From an uncultured Verrucomicrobiae bacterium (lineage in GTDB: Bacteria; Verrucomicrobiota; Verrucomicrobiia; Limisphaerales; DSYF01): a stretch of 64,000 nt of DNA. Shown piece by piece: positions 19,994 to 30,294 of the stretch. The stretch is from contig CAVVUP010000007.1 of the NCBI GenBank assembly GCA_963751435.1, positions 9,380 through 73,379 of the forward strand, in the 5' to 3' direction. Numbering within the stretch: the stretch's first letter is position 1; each line of letters starts with the position of its first letter. The notes under the pieces are model-generated. The model saw nothing but the letters and a program-made list of their open reading frames with translations, had not been told where the DNA came from and did no database searches. The position numbers and the translations under genes are program-made.

Positions 19994-21955
19994 ATGACAA
20001 GCGACGCCGTATCGCGGGTTTCCACCATTCCCGAGGGTTACCTCCTGGCCCCGATTCATCCGGTGTCCGAAGGAGCACCCCTGACCGTCTGTGTGGTCAT
20101 CCGTTCCAAGCACGACGCGGCGCAGGGGCGGTTCATTGTGCTGCGCGAGGTGCCCGGCTCCCGCGTCTATTTGGGGGCCATGACCGATGCCGGGGGACGC
20201 ATTCACGAATGGCTCGAGATCTGGGTGCAGACGGTCGAACTGACCGAGCCCGGGGTTGGTGGACCCGAGTGTCGCCTGGAGAACCGTGCCTTCGACCAGC
20301 AGTGGCACCAGGATTTCATACGCGCGATCGAAAGCTGTCCGGAAGACTTGATCGTCACGGGGACAGAGACCCAAAACCCGCCTCCGCTGCTGATCAATCC
20401 CGAGGCCCGGCGGACGGGTTCCCCGTTCGTTGAAAGCACCCCGACCCGCTGGCGTCTCTGCCGGGACGATGCTCTGTTGGAATCCTTGGGAGTTCCCTCC
20501 TACTCGAAGTCTGCGTTCCGCTACCTCTACGATCCACTGCAGGACGGGGAGAAGTCGTTGATTGCAACCCAGGACGACGCCCCGACCAACGAACGGGTCC
20601 GGGGTCCGGAACAGTTGATTGCGGACGCGAAGGGGATCGTCCTGAACGCACAAGCGGGACGCCTCAGAGTGCAGCGCCTGACCCCGCTGGACTTGGACGA
20701 CTACCTGGGGGTCTTGGAGGGGGCGGTGTGGGCGGAGAACGGTTCTGGCGCGCTGCCGGTCCTCCGGAACAGCGTCTACGCCGATTTTCAGCAGTGGTCC
20801 AGGACGCCGAAAGGGTTGCCGTTCCTCTTGCACGGAAGGGGCGACCTGACGGAACGGCTCAACGAGATCCTGTTCCTCAAACTGTCGGTGCTTCGGGACC
20901 TGTTCCGCGAAGTCAGAGCGTGTGTGAAGGCTCACCAACTGCCCCTGTTGAACCTGACCCCCGCCAGTTTCGCCGTTCGTTTGCAGGCCGTTGGAGAGGC
21001 GTTTCCCGCGCTGTGGACCGCGCGCGGCATCCTAGTCAAACCGGGGCAAGCGCATCCGATTGAACTGAAGGGGACCGACCAGCGTTACTTTGTCCGACTC
21101 GGACGAATCCAACCTTCCCCTTACCTGCCGGAGGAACTTGGCGCCCACTCCGCCGGCACCGGCATGGTCCGGGTCCGGGATGTGGTCTCCGTGTCTGGCG
21201 GGATTGTAATCGAGGGCACCCTGCTGCCGCAGGATCACCTGGCTATCAGGCCGGATGACCTCCTGTGGTTCCGGCCTTCCCTGGAGGGGCAGCGGTTGGA
21301 GTTCCACGCCCATGTGGATCCAGGGGAACACACAGGGCCCAAGGAGGTCCGATTCCGCACGGTTCCAGCGATGCTCCCCCCGCCTGCGGTCGCCGCATTG
21401 AAAAGCTCCGTCGGCACGGTGTTCCCGCGTTCCCCGTACGAAGTGTGGCCTCTGCTAAGCTCGCCGGGCGACCTCTACTCCCTGGGCGTGTTTGCCATTC
21501 GTATCCTGTTTGCCAATGCCGGCAGCAAGCTGGCCGTGGTGAAGGACGAAATCCTGAGCCTGTCGCGCTCGCTTGGCAAAGACACCCTGTCGGAAGACGC
21601 CCTGCTCCCGCGTCTCATGGAGCTGCTGGACAACGATGCGAAGTTGACAGACTTGGTCAGCCCCGACCGGCTCTCGGGGCTGGACCTCACACCTGACCGG
21701 GCCAGGGCGCTGGTGGTTCCCGGCATCTGGTGGGAGACGGTCTGTCTGGTCCTGCGACTCTTCCCGGGTATTGGGCCGCATAGCTATTGTCGGGGCTGTG
21801 GCGACGTCTCTCCCCTGGCATTGGAAATGGCTTTCGACCGGCCATTGCAGGAACTCGATGCGCTGGTGCTTCGGCAGAGAAGCCTCCTGACACCAAACCT
21901 CATGGCCAATCAGGAAATCGCCGGTGTGTTACTGGACGAGCTTGATCGCCCCTAA
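19994..21955 (+). CDS. Hypothetical protein with degenerate protein-kinase-like motifs
   Basis: 653 aa; HQLPLLNLTPASFAV (catalytic-loop-like) and SSPGDLYSLGV (subdomain IX-like) about 170 aa apart. Confidence 0.6.
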   Translation: MTSDAVSRVSTIPEGYLLAPIHPVSEGAPLTVCVVIRSKHDAAQGRFIVLREVPGSRVYLGAMTDAGGRIHEWLEIWVQTVELTEPGVGGPECRLENRAFDQQWHQDFIRAIESCPEDLIVTGTETQNPPPLLINPEARRTGSPFVESTPTRWRLCRDDALLESLGVPSYSKSAFRYLYDPLQDGEKSLIATQDDAPTNERVRGPEQLIADAKGIVLNAQAGRLRVQRLTPLDLDDYLGVLEGAVWAENGSGALPVLRNSVYADFQQWSRTPKGLPFLLHGRGDLTERLNEILFLKLSVLRDLFREVRACVKAHQLPLLNLTPASFAVRLQAVGEAFPALWTARGILVKPGQAHPIELKGTDQRYFVRLGRIQPSPYLPEELGAHSAGTGMVRVRDVVSVSGGIVIEGTLLPQDHLAIRPDDLLWFRPSLEGQRLEFHAHVDPGEHTGPKEVRFRTVPAMLPPPAVAALKSSVGTVFPRSPYEVWPLLSSPGDLYSLGVFAIRILFANAGSKLAVVKDEILSLSRSLGKDTLSEDALLPRLMELLDNDAKLTDLVSPDRLSGLDLTPDRARALVVPGIWWETVCLVLRLFPGIGPHSYCRGCGDVSPLALEMAFDRPLQELDALVLRQRSLLTPNLMANQEIAGVLLDELDRP

Positions 21956-22026
21956 CCCCCGTTGGAGATCAGCATCGGCTCACGTCCGTCCGTGACTGGA
22001 TTGACGGTCTCAAGGGGCCGCCCCTG

Positions 22027-23799
22027 TCAGATCCCTTCGCCTCGAGATCGATCCACATCCAGGGGCTTGGGTGACACCTCGGAAACGTGTTCCAACGGGT
22101 GTTCCTCCTGATGCCACTCCTCGGAAACCCGGCCGTCCCACCAGGCCCAGTTCATCGGATAGGTGCGCGGCGCAAAAATGACATGGTAGAAGTGCCAGAC
22201 CACAATGGCCAGACAGGCGAGGATGGCTTCGTAATAGTGGATCGTGGTGGCCACATCCACCACCCAGCGCGGCAGAAATTGCGTCACATCGACCTTGAGC
22301 CAGATTGCCAGGCCGGTGACCCCCATGATGATCGTCCCCCAGACCACGGCCCAATATTCAACCTTCTCGACGTAACCGAATCGTCCGAATCTCGGCCGCT
22401 GGGAGCTGTGACCGGTCAGGTAGCGCAGATTGAGCGCGACGTCGCTCAGGTCACGGGTTCGGAACCAGAGATCCTTGACCAGCCGACGGCCTTCCCGGAA
22501 CAGGGCAATGTAGACCAGATGCCAAAAGCCCAACCCGATCAGCACCACGCCCGCAACGCGGTGCACCCAGCGGCGGATCGACTCATCACCCGCAAACAGC
22601 CAGGCCACCCAAGTGTCTGGATACTTCAGGGCAAACCCGCTGAGAGCCAGCAAAATGAAGCTCGCCAGGAGGATGAAATGCTGCAACCGCTGGTGCCGGT
22701 CCATGCGCATGACGGTCGGGCCGCGCGTGCTGCGGGCCAGCAGCGCGCTGCGCATGAGGGAAAGCAGGTTATGGATCGAGAGCGCACCGACCACCCCGAA
22801 GATCAACAACAGGTAGAGCCGGCGCACCCACCAGTTCACCTGCTCGCCGAGGTTCCCCTCCGGGGTGCCTGGCAGATGCACCCGCCCCAACGCGAATCGT
22901 TCGGTGATGCCCGGATGGCATTGGCCGCAGGTTTCCATCAAATGCGCCGGATGAACGGAGGAATCCGGATCCGCCGACGGCAAGACCCGGTGGTGACCGT
23001 GGCAACTGGCGCAATTGGCGGCACTGGCCGACCCGCCCTGAATGGCCAGTCCATGGTAGCTCTCAAAGAACGTCTTCACCCGGTCCGCGGGGAGTCCGAA
23101 CTTGGTGTTCAAGCGCTCGGACGCATGGCACTTGCTGCAAACCTGCCCGGCCAGGCGCTCGCCGGCCGCCCCGCTCAGGGCTTGGATGGAATGTTCCATG
23201 TGGCAGTCCGTACAGGTCGGCGCCTCGCGCACCCCCTGGGCTGCCGCTTTGCCGTGCACGCTGGCAGCGACATCCTCCGCCTCTGCCGGGTGGCATTCGC
23301 CGCAGGTCCCAGCCTGTCTTGAAAAGTGAAGCCGCGAGCGGGGATCGGTCGGCGGCAACACGTCGTGGTGATGATGACAATCCCCGCACTTTGGCGCGGC
23401 CGGGTCGCCAGCCTCGGCGGCCTGGCCGTGAACGCTCAGGCCATAGGAAAGCGCCTGTCGCTCATGACACGCCTCGCAACGAACCGGCCCGGCCTTGAGT
23501 TGGTCGTCCGGATGCTCCCAGGTGATGTCCGCATGGCAACTGGCGCAAGTGTTGGTGGCGTGGATCGAACCGGCCAGCACCGAGGCATCCACATAAAGCG
23601 ACCGTTCCGTGCCGTCTGCCGTCTTTCCGGTGAGGTCCTTGTCCGAATGGCATTCCAGGCATTTCTCGTCCGGAACCGGCTCGGCGGCAGGCGCGGCGGT
23701 CCACAGGGCTGCAATCGCCAGAAACAAGCACAACCCGACGCCGGTCCGCCACGGTTTGCGAAGAGCCCCCACAATTTCGAAATCCCGCCTTCGGACCAT
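22027..23799 (-). CDS. Multiheme cytochrome c (9 CxxCH) fused to cytochrome b (CbcL-like); alternative start 24069
   Basis: CLECH, CASCH, CEACH, CGDCH, CGECH, CTDCH, CSKCH, CASCH, CGQCH; QRLQH, WVHRVAG, RFGYVEKVEYW, IHYYEA..WHFYH. Confidence 0.9.
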   Translation of the reverse strand: MVRRRDFEIVGALRKPWRTGVGLCLFLAIAALWTAAPAAEPVPDEKCLECHSDKDLTGKTADGTERSLYVDASVLAGSIHATNTCASCHADITWEHPDDQLKAGPVRCEACHERQALSYGLSVHGQAAEAGDPAAPKCGDCHHHHDVLPPTDPRSRLHFSRQAGTCGECHPAEAEDVAASVHGKAAAQGVREAPTCTDCHMEHSIQALSGAAGERLAGQVCSKCHASERLNTKFGLPADRVKTFFESYHGLAIQGGSASAANCASCHGHHRVLPSADPDSSVHPAHLMETCGQCHPGITERFALGRVHLPGTPEGNLGEQVNWWVRRLYLLLIFGVVGALSIHNLLSLMRSALLARSTRGPTVMRMDRHQRLQHFILLASFILLALSGFALKYPDTWVAWLFAGDESIRRWVHRVAGVVLIGLGFWHLVYIALFREGRRLVKDLWFRTRDLSDVALNLRYLTGHSSQRPRFGRFGYVEKVEYWAVVWGTIIMGVTGLAIWLKVDVTQFLPRWVVDVATTIHYYEAILACLAIVVWHFYHVIFAPRTYPMNWAWWDGRVSEEWHQEEHPLEHVSEVSPKPLDVDRSRGEGI

Positions 23800-24053
23800 G
23801 AACCCGTTGCGGAGGAGCGCGGCTCCATGAGCCGCAGCAGCCTCGAAGGTCGGATGGGTGATCGAACCTTTGTGGACGCCCGGCGTAGCGCAGCCGCTGC
23901 GGGTCGCGGACCCGCGCTCCGGGACCCACGGTTCATGGAGAGCCTCCTTTCGCGATTGCGCATGAAATGGGACCATGAACCGGCAGGGCGCGGGTGCTCC
24001 GGCGCCCGGGCCGTGCGGCAGAGCGGCCCTACCCGGACGGAAGTTGTTTCTGA
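23752..24053. repeat. Composite cluster of REP-like palindromes (three families)
   Basis: Inverted GGAG hairpin pair 23814-23838/23896-23920; CGGTTCATGG..CCATGAACCG element 23929-23982 with a degenerate copy 23752-23804; GGCAGGGC/GGTAGGGC inverted pair 23982-24053. Confidence 0.75.
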
Positions 24054-24080
24054 GAGACGGTCTGCTCATAGCCCCCCCGC

Positions 24081-26260
24081 TCAGTGCACCAGGCGGGTGG
24101 CCATGGCGTAGACAATCAGCACCAGCAACACCACTCCCATACCGAAGAAGGCGAAGCCCACCGGCCGGGCAATCCGCTTCCAACGCAGCCACTCGTCCTT
24201 GACCCGATATTTGTCCAGCCGCCCGGTCTGCACCAACCGATCGTACCAACGCCGGCGTTCGTGGAGCATCTCCGTCTTCGAAATGCGCCCGGAGAAGATG
24301 ACGGTGTCCATGGGAAACTTCTCGAGCCGGAAATGCGTGTTGAAGAAATGCACGGTGAAGATGAATCCGGCGGCCAGCAGCGCCTCGTCCGAATGCACGA
24401 TCAACGCGATGTTGATGATCCAGCCCGGGAAGAAGGCGGTGAAGAACTGCGGGAACCACATGATCAGCCCGGACACCCCGATGATGAACACCCCCCAGAA
24501 CACCGCGAAGTAATCAAACCGCTCCCAGTAGGTCCACCGGTCGAACTGCGGCTTGTCGCCCTTGCCAAAGAACCATTTCTGGTGCGCCCAGAAGTCCGCC
24601 ACGTCCCGGTGCGTCGGGATCATCGAATCCGGGCCAAACAACACGCCGAGCATGCGACGGAACTTCCATCGGCCTGTCTGCGGATCCCGCACCGCCCGCC
24701 GGTTTTTCCAGGCGGACACCACCAGGGCGCACAGGTGCAGCCCGAAGTAGAGGAAGGTCACGATGGCACCAAAGCGGTGCATGGTCCGGGCCGCTTCCGC
24801 TCCGCCGAGGAACCCGAACATCACACGCGCCCACTCGGTGTAGTAGAACTTCAACGGCATGCCCGTGATCACCAACAGCAGGAAGCTGGTCACCACCAGG
24901 AAATGCAGGAATCGTTCGAACGGCGAGAAGCGCGTAAACCATTCGTCGTCCACCTCGGCGCTCACCTTGGCTTCCCGGAACTTCTTGGAATCCGATACAT
25001 AGAGGTAAAGCGAGCGTCCCAGCCAAAGCACCGTGTGCGCGCCGAAAAACACAAACACCCCGAGCAACAGCGCGGTCATGAAGACAAAGGTCACGTGCAA
25101 TGCCGGATAGTTCTCCCCGTCCAACGGATTGGCGTGCGGGTTATACTTGGTGAAGCCCACGGTGGCGTGGTCGTGGCACTGTCCGCAGGTGGCGACGATG
25201 TTGTCCGGTGAAAGCCGCGATTCCGGACTGGTGGGCGGCAGCACATCGTGGTGTCCGTGGCAATCGTAACAGGCGGCCACTTCGGAGGCCTGGTTGGGCT
25301 TGCCCAGTGCCATGGCCTTGCCATGATACGTGTCCCGGTAATGCAGCAGGCTTTCCTCATGGCATTTGCCGCAACGCAGGTCGCTCACCTGCTTGAAATG
25401 CCCGGTCCGGGGCTGCTCAATCTCGTGCGCCGTGTGACAGTCCGTGCAGACCGGCCCGCGCGGATCCCCGCCACTCAGCAACAAGCCGTGCACGCTCCGA
25501 TTGTAGATCTGTTCCACGCCCAGATGGCATTTGCCGCAGGTGTCCGCCACATGCGTCTTGTGGATGCTCGCGCTGCGATCGACGCTGCGCTTGATGTCGT
25601 GCACCCCGTGGCAATCGCCGCAGGACGGCGCCACCACCAGTCCTTTGCCCGAGAGCGCGCGGCCATGAATACTCTCATGGAACAGTGAACTGACCCCGGG
25701 TACTTGATCCGGTACTCCGCGGTAAGCCCCGGATTGCTGTGGCATTTCGCACAGGTCCGTTCCAGGTTCATCTTGAACGTGGGCGAGCCCGGGTGCCGCG
25801 AAGACAGCATGTCGTGCTTGCCATGACAGTCGGTGCAGGAAGCCGCGTCCGAGGCGCTCATGGCACGGCTCACCCCATGAATGCTGGTGGCGTAGACCTC
25901 GACTTCCCCGGAATGACACACGGCGCAATTCACCGGCTTGGCCGGAATCTCGTTGTCGGGATGTTCCTCCGTCAGATCCGAATGACAACTGGCGCAGGTG
26001 TTGGTGCGGTGAACCGAGGAGAGCAGGAGTTCCTCCGACACGAACAGGCTCTTCTTGGAACCATCGGGCAAGTCCCTGGTCAGATCGTCCATGGAATGGC
26101 ATTCCATGCACTTGTCGTTGGGGATCGGCTCGGCGGCCGCAGCCCAGGCCCCTCCCCAAAGACAGCCACCCAGCAAACCGACCGCCAGCCATCGGGCGGG
26201 CCGAAGCCATTGTTCCGGAAGCTGCCGCAGAGCAAGAGCTGCCATCAGGTGAACATCCAT
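24081..26260 (-). CDS. Multiheme cytochrome c (11 CxxCH) fused to cytochrome b (CbcL-like), frameshift near 25700
   Basis: 5 CxxCH in frame 25475-26299 and 6 in frame 24081-26210; ERFLH, TMHRFGA, FDRWTYWERFDY, VHSDEALLA..VHFFNTH. Confidence 0.9.
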
Positions 26261-26479
26261 CGCGTAAGGGATGAATCCTCCCGATCCCGGAACCAACACC
26301 TTTTTTGGGAACTAATGACCGGATCTTGTCTTTCCCACCGTTGAACCAAGCGGCAGCGCGACCTCCCTATCCTTCTTTCTCCTTATCAATGGGCTCCACG
26401 AGAAAGAGAAAGAAAAGAGAGAGCGCGGAAGGATAAAGATCCAACCGGCCCGCACGATTCCAGGATGCGCGCGATAAGA

Positions 26480-26700
26480 CCAGGAACCATGCGCAGATGC
26501 ATTGTTCCGTACGGAACATGGTTTTCGCGGGTGGCTCAACTCTGGTTCCTGGAGAGAGCCCCTGGTTCCTTTCGGACCTGCTCACCAGCCATAAACCGTG
26601 GCGCCGCGCAGGCTCTTCCAGCCAATCGGTTATGAAGGGTTCGGGCGGACATGGCTGTCCGCGCTCCCGGGGTCCGGCTCAGGGGAAGGCCTTCCGCATG
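26480..26700. repeat. REP-like palindromes
   Basis: CCAGGAACCA/TGGTTCCTGG IR (26480, 26543); GGTTCCTGGAGAG..CCATAAACC element 26544-26597; GGAGCGCGGACAGCCATGTCCGC on minus strand at 26645-26667. Confidence 0.6.
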
Positions 26701-27460
26701 CGATCTCCTCGACCATCCGCGCGGCCGCCACAAACCCAAAGGTGCCGGTCACAAAGGTGGCGGTGCCGAACCCGCTCCGGCAATCCAACCGAAGATCGGC
26801 CCCCGCTGGACGGGCCTCACAGACCGAGCCGTCGGGCTGGGGATAGACGGGACGCTCGCTGGAAAAGACACACTCGACGCCAAATCTCCCGGCCCCGCGC
26901 GGAAACCCGTGCTCCGCGCGCAGGATCCTGCGCACTGATTGCAGGAGCCGGTCACCTTCGGACCGTGCCAGGTCAGCCACGCGAATGCGGGTGGGATCCC
27001 GCCGTCCCCCGGCGCCGCCCGCCGTGAAGATGGGAATGCCCCGTTCCCGGCAGAGAACAATCATCACGCACTTCTCTCGCGGACGGTCAATGGCATCCAG
27101 CACGTAGTCATAGTCGGCATCGAGGATCGAGGCCGCATTGCCCGGGGTGAGGAAGGCTTCGATGGGCCGGGCGTCGATCTCCGGGTTGATGGCGCGGATG
27201 CGGTGCGCCATCACCATCACCTTGGTCTTTTTGAGTTCGCCGTCCATCGCATGGATCTGGCGGTTCACGTTGCTTACGCACACGTCGTCCATGTCCACCA
27301 GCGTCAGACGGCCGACGCCCGACCGCGCCAGGGCCTCGACCGCCCAGGACCCCACCCCGCCCACCCCCACCACGCAGACATGCGCGCGGCGCAAACGATC
27401 GAGGCCGGCCTTCGAGTAAAGGCGTCGAATCCCACCAAACCGGAGATCATACGGGTTCAT
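26630..27460 (-). CDS. tcdA: tRNA threonylcarbamoyladenosine dehydratase (ThiF family)
   Basis: RFGGIRRLY, VVGVGGVGSWAVEALARSGVG, DDVCVSNVNRQIHA, CVFSSE, GTATFVTGTFG. Confidence 0.93.
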   Translation of the reverse strand: MNPYDLRFGGIRRLYSKAGLDRLRRAHVCVVGVGGVGSWAVEALARSGVGRLTLVDMDDVCVSNVNRQIHAMDGELKKTKVMVMAHRIRAINPEIDARPIEAFLTPGNAASILDADYDYVLDAIDRPREKCVMIVLCRERGIPIFTAGGAGGRRDPTRIRVADLARSEGDRLLQSVRRILRAEHGFPRGAGRFGVECVFSSERPVYPQPDGSVCEARPAGADLRLDCRSGFGTATFVTGTFGFVAAARMVEEIACGRPSPEPDPGSADSHVRPNPS

Positions 27461-27650
27461 TGACGGGACTCAGTATTACCGGCTGAACGGTCGGACGTGC
27501 AAGGGTACAACGAGCGTTTTGGCTCGGGCGCAGGTCAATTTGTTGCAAACGCCGCTAGATCGGCGAAGTAAGTCTGAAGTCCGAAGTCCGAAAGTCATTT
27601 GCCCCCGCGATTCCATTGCCAAGCCGTCCGGTCCCGCATAGCCTCCGCGC

Positions 27651-29079
27651 ATGCCGATCCCGGTTCTGACGGTGGGCCAGATGCGCGAGTGGGAACAGGC
27701 CACGTGGGCGACAGGCATCACCGAACAATCCGTCATTCAACAAGTTGGGCAGAAGCTGGCCCGCCGCATCCAGACGCTGACCCGTCCGGGCGATTCCATC
27801 CTGCTCCTGGCCGGGAAAGGCCACAACGGAGAAGACGCCCGCGCTGCTGCCGTCCATCTGACCGATCGGACCGTGGAAGTGTTGCCCATCCAGAATCCAT
27901 CCTCGGACCTGGCCAAGGTACAGACTCTTCTGGCGCAGCGACCCGCGCTGGTCGTGGACGGCTTGTTCGGCATCGGCTTGGATCGTCCGCTGGACCCCGC
28001 CTGGAGCGCGCTGGTTCAGGCGGTGAACGATTCCAGCACCACCGTGTTGGCCGTGGACGTTCCCTCGGGGCTGCCCGCGGACACTGGGGACCCGGTGGGG
28101 GTGGCGGTACGCGCCAGTGTCACCCTGACCATTGGCGCTCCCAAGGTGGGTTTGATCGCCCCCAAAGCAGCCGGTTTTGTGGGGCGACTCGAGGTGGCAA
28201 CGGACGTCGGCTTGATCCCCTGCTACCATCATCCGGACCTGTGGTGGACATTGCCTGAGGATTTCCTTGGCTTTCCGCCGGCACGGACGGCGAGCACCCA
28301 CAAGGGGGCCTTTGGACACCTCTCGGTGGTCGCCGGAAGCGTCGGGTATCATGGTGCCGGCGTTCTGGCGGCGCGCGGGGCGCAGCGGGCCCGGCCCGGT
28401 TTGATCACCCTCCACACGCAGGAAGCGGTGTTTCCCATTGTGGCTTCGCACCTGCAGGGCGTGATGGTGCGTCCATGGACCCCGACGGAGCTGGACCGGG
28501 GCACGGCCCTGCTGGTGGGGCCCGGTCTGGCGGGAGCAGGCATCGATGAAGAACTCCAACAACCCCTGCGAAGGCTCTGGATCAAGGATGGACTGCAACC
28601 CATGATCGCCGACGCCACGGCGTTGGACTGGTTGCCCATGGGGCTGGCGGTTCCGCACCAATTGCGTGTCGTCACCCCGCACCCCGGCGAAGCCGCGCGC
28701 ATGAACAACTCGAACCCGGATCAGGTTCAGGCGAATCGACTGGAGGCCCTGCGGAAGATTTCGTCCCGGTTCGGCAATTGCTGGGTTGTACCTGAAGGGA
28801 CATCACACGTTGATTGGGCGCGGTTCCGGGGAGGTGTATGTGAACTGTTCCGGAAACGCGGGGCTCGCCCAAGGCGGTACCGGCGATGTGCTGGCGGGTT
28901 ACATCGCCGGCCTGCTCGTGCAACCGGAATTGCAGAAGGATCCCCTCACCACCCTGAGGTATGCCGTGTGGCAGCACGGTGCCGCTGCGGACCTCCTGGA
29001 ACAAAGCCGACCGAACTGGACGGTCGAAGACCTGGCCGATCAGATCGGCTGCGCCAACCCGTCCGCTTTATGCCTGTGA
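27651..29079 (+). CDS. nnr: Bifunctional NAD(P)HX epimerase/dehydratase (YjeF), frameshift near 28790
   Basis: GKGHNGED, VVDGLFGIG, AVDVPSG, HKGAFGH, VVTPHPGEA, then LKGHHTLI, GGTGDVLAG in the next frame. Confidence 0.92.
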
Positions 29080-29305
29080 CGGCGCTTCTGCAAGTTCTTG
29101 GAGCGCGAACATGATGTCTGCTGGGTCCGCCCGCCGCGCGGGGGTGATGATTCGAAAGACCTCGTGGAGTGCAACGCCCGAAGCCGGGTCCAAGCCAGCG
29201 CCCCCCCTTCGAGTCAGTCCAACTATCCACGGATGCACCGGCCTGTGCGAGGCCGGGTAAATTTGCTTCCTAACCCCGGACCGCTTTGCTATTCAGGAGC
29301 CACTT

Positions 29306-30241
29306 ATGCGGGCCATTCCACGCATCCTCCTCGTAGGTCTGATTTGTTGCGCCGGACTCTTGCCGGTCGCCGCCGCCACGTACACCTTCGAAGACGGGTC
29401 CACCGTCATCGGGGAACTCCTGATGTCCACTGCCAGCGACGCGGGGGTGAAGATCCGGCAGGGCGACAACACCTACAAGGATGTGACCTGGGGTGCGTTC
29501 TCCCAGAACGATCTCAAGGCGTTCGCCAAGGACCAGAAGCTTGCCGAGTTTGTCGAACCCTTCATCGTGGTCACAGCCGAGGACAAGGCCAAGCTGACGG
29601 AAGTGAATATCAAGGAGGTCAAGCGCCTCACCCGTCCGCCGAAGGGTTCCGTCATCGGATCGCTGTTTGGGTCCGGTCTGGGTTGGGTGTTGGTGCTGCT
29701 GGTCCTGGCGGCGAACATTTATGCCGGATACGAGATTGCGATCTTCCGTGCCCGGAATGCCTGGCTGGTGGCCGGGTTGGCCGCCATCCCGTTTGCCGGG
29801 TTTGTCAGCAACATCGTCTGGCTCAGTCTGCCCACGCATATCGTCAAGGAACCGGAACCCACACCTGAAGAACTGGCGGACATCGAAGCACACCGCCCGG
29901 AGTTCAAAGTGCCGCTGGCAGGCGAAATCGAGGCCGCCCAAGCCGCCGCGGAAGGCCGGGATCTGAGCGTGCCCAGGGACGAGGTGTTCGCGCGAGGCAA
30001 GTTCACCTTCAACAAGCGCTTCTTCGAAACCCGGTTTGCCGACTTCTTCGGTGCGGTCCGGCGTGGTGAACAGAAGTTTCAGTTCATGGTCATCAAGACA
30101 GCGAAGGCGCAGATTGTGGCGGATCGCATCACCCGGGTGACGGCGACCGATCTCCATGTGAACGCCATCCGCGGCGCGTCAGGCGAGGTGGGGGTGAACT
30201 TCGGCGACCTGCAGGAAGTTCGACTGGCAGCCAAGATCTGA
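29306..30241 (+). CDS. Hypothetical membrane protein (signal peptide, small exported domain, 2 TMs)
   Basis: 311 aa ORF, signal peptide ending AAA, hydrophobic helices mid-protein. Confidence 0.7.
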   Translation: MRAIPRILLVGLICCAGLLPVAAATYTFEDGSTVIGELLMSTASDAGVKIRQGDNTYKDVTWGAFSQNDLKAFAKDQKLAEFVEPFIVVTAEDKAKLTEVNIKEVKRLTRPPKGSVIGSLFGSGLGWVLVLLVLAANIYAGYEIAIFRARNAWLVAGLAAIPFAGFVSNIVWLSLPTHIVKEPEPTPEELADIEAHRPEFKVPLAGEIEAAQAAAEGRDLSVPRDEVFARGKFTFNKRFFETRFADFFGAVRRGEQKFQFMVIKTAKAQIVADRITRVTATDLHVNAIRGASGEVGVNFGDLQEVRLAAKI

Positions 30242-30294
30242 GGCAACGCTCCCCCGATCTCGAGGCGGCTCCCGACCGATTAGCCCGGAAACCC

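Noticed and set aside
26448-26462. Sigma54 promoter (GG-N10-GC) for the cytochrome operon
   Set aside because: Poor match to TGGCAC-N5-TTGC and too close to the putative upstream site
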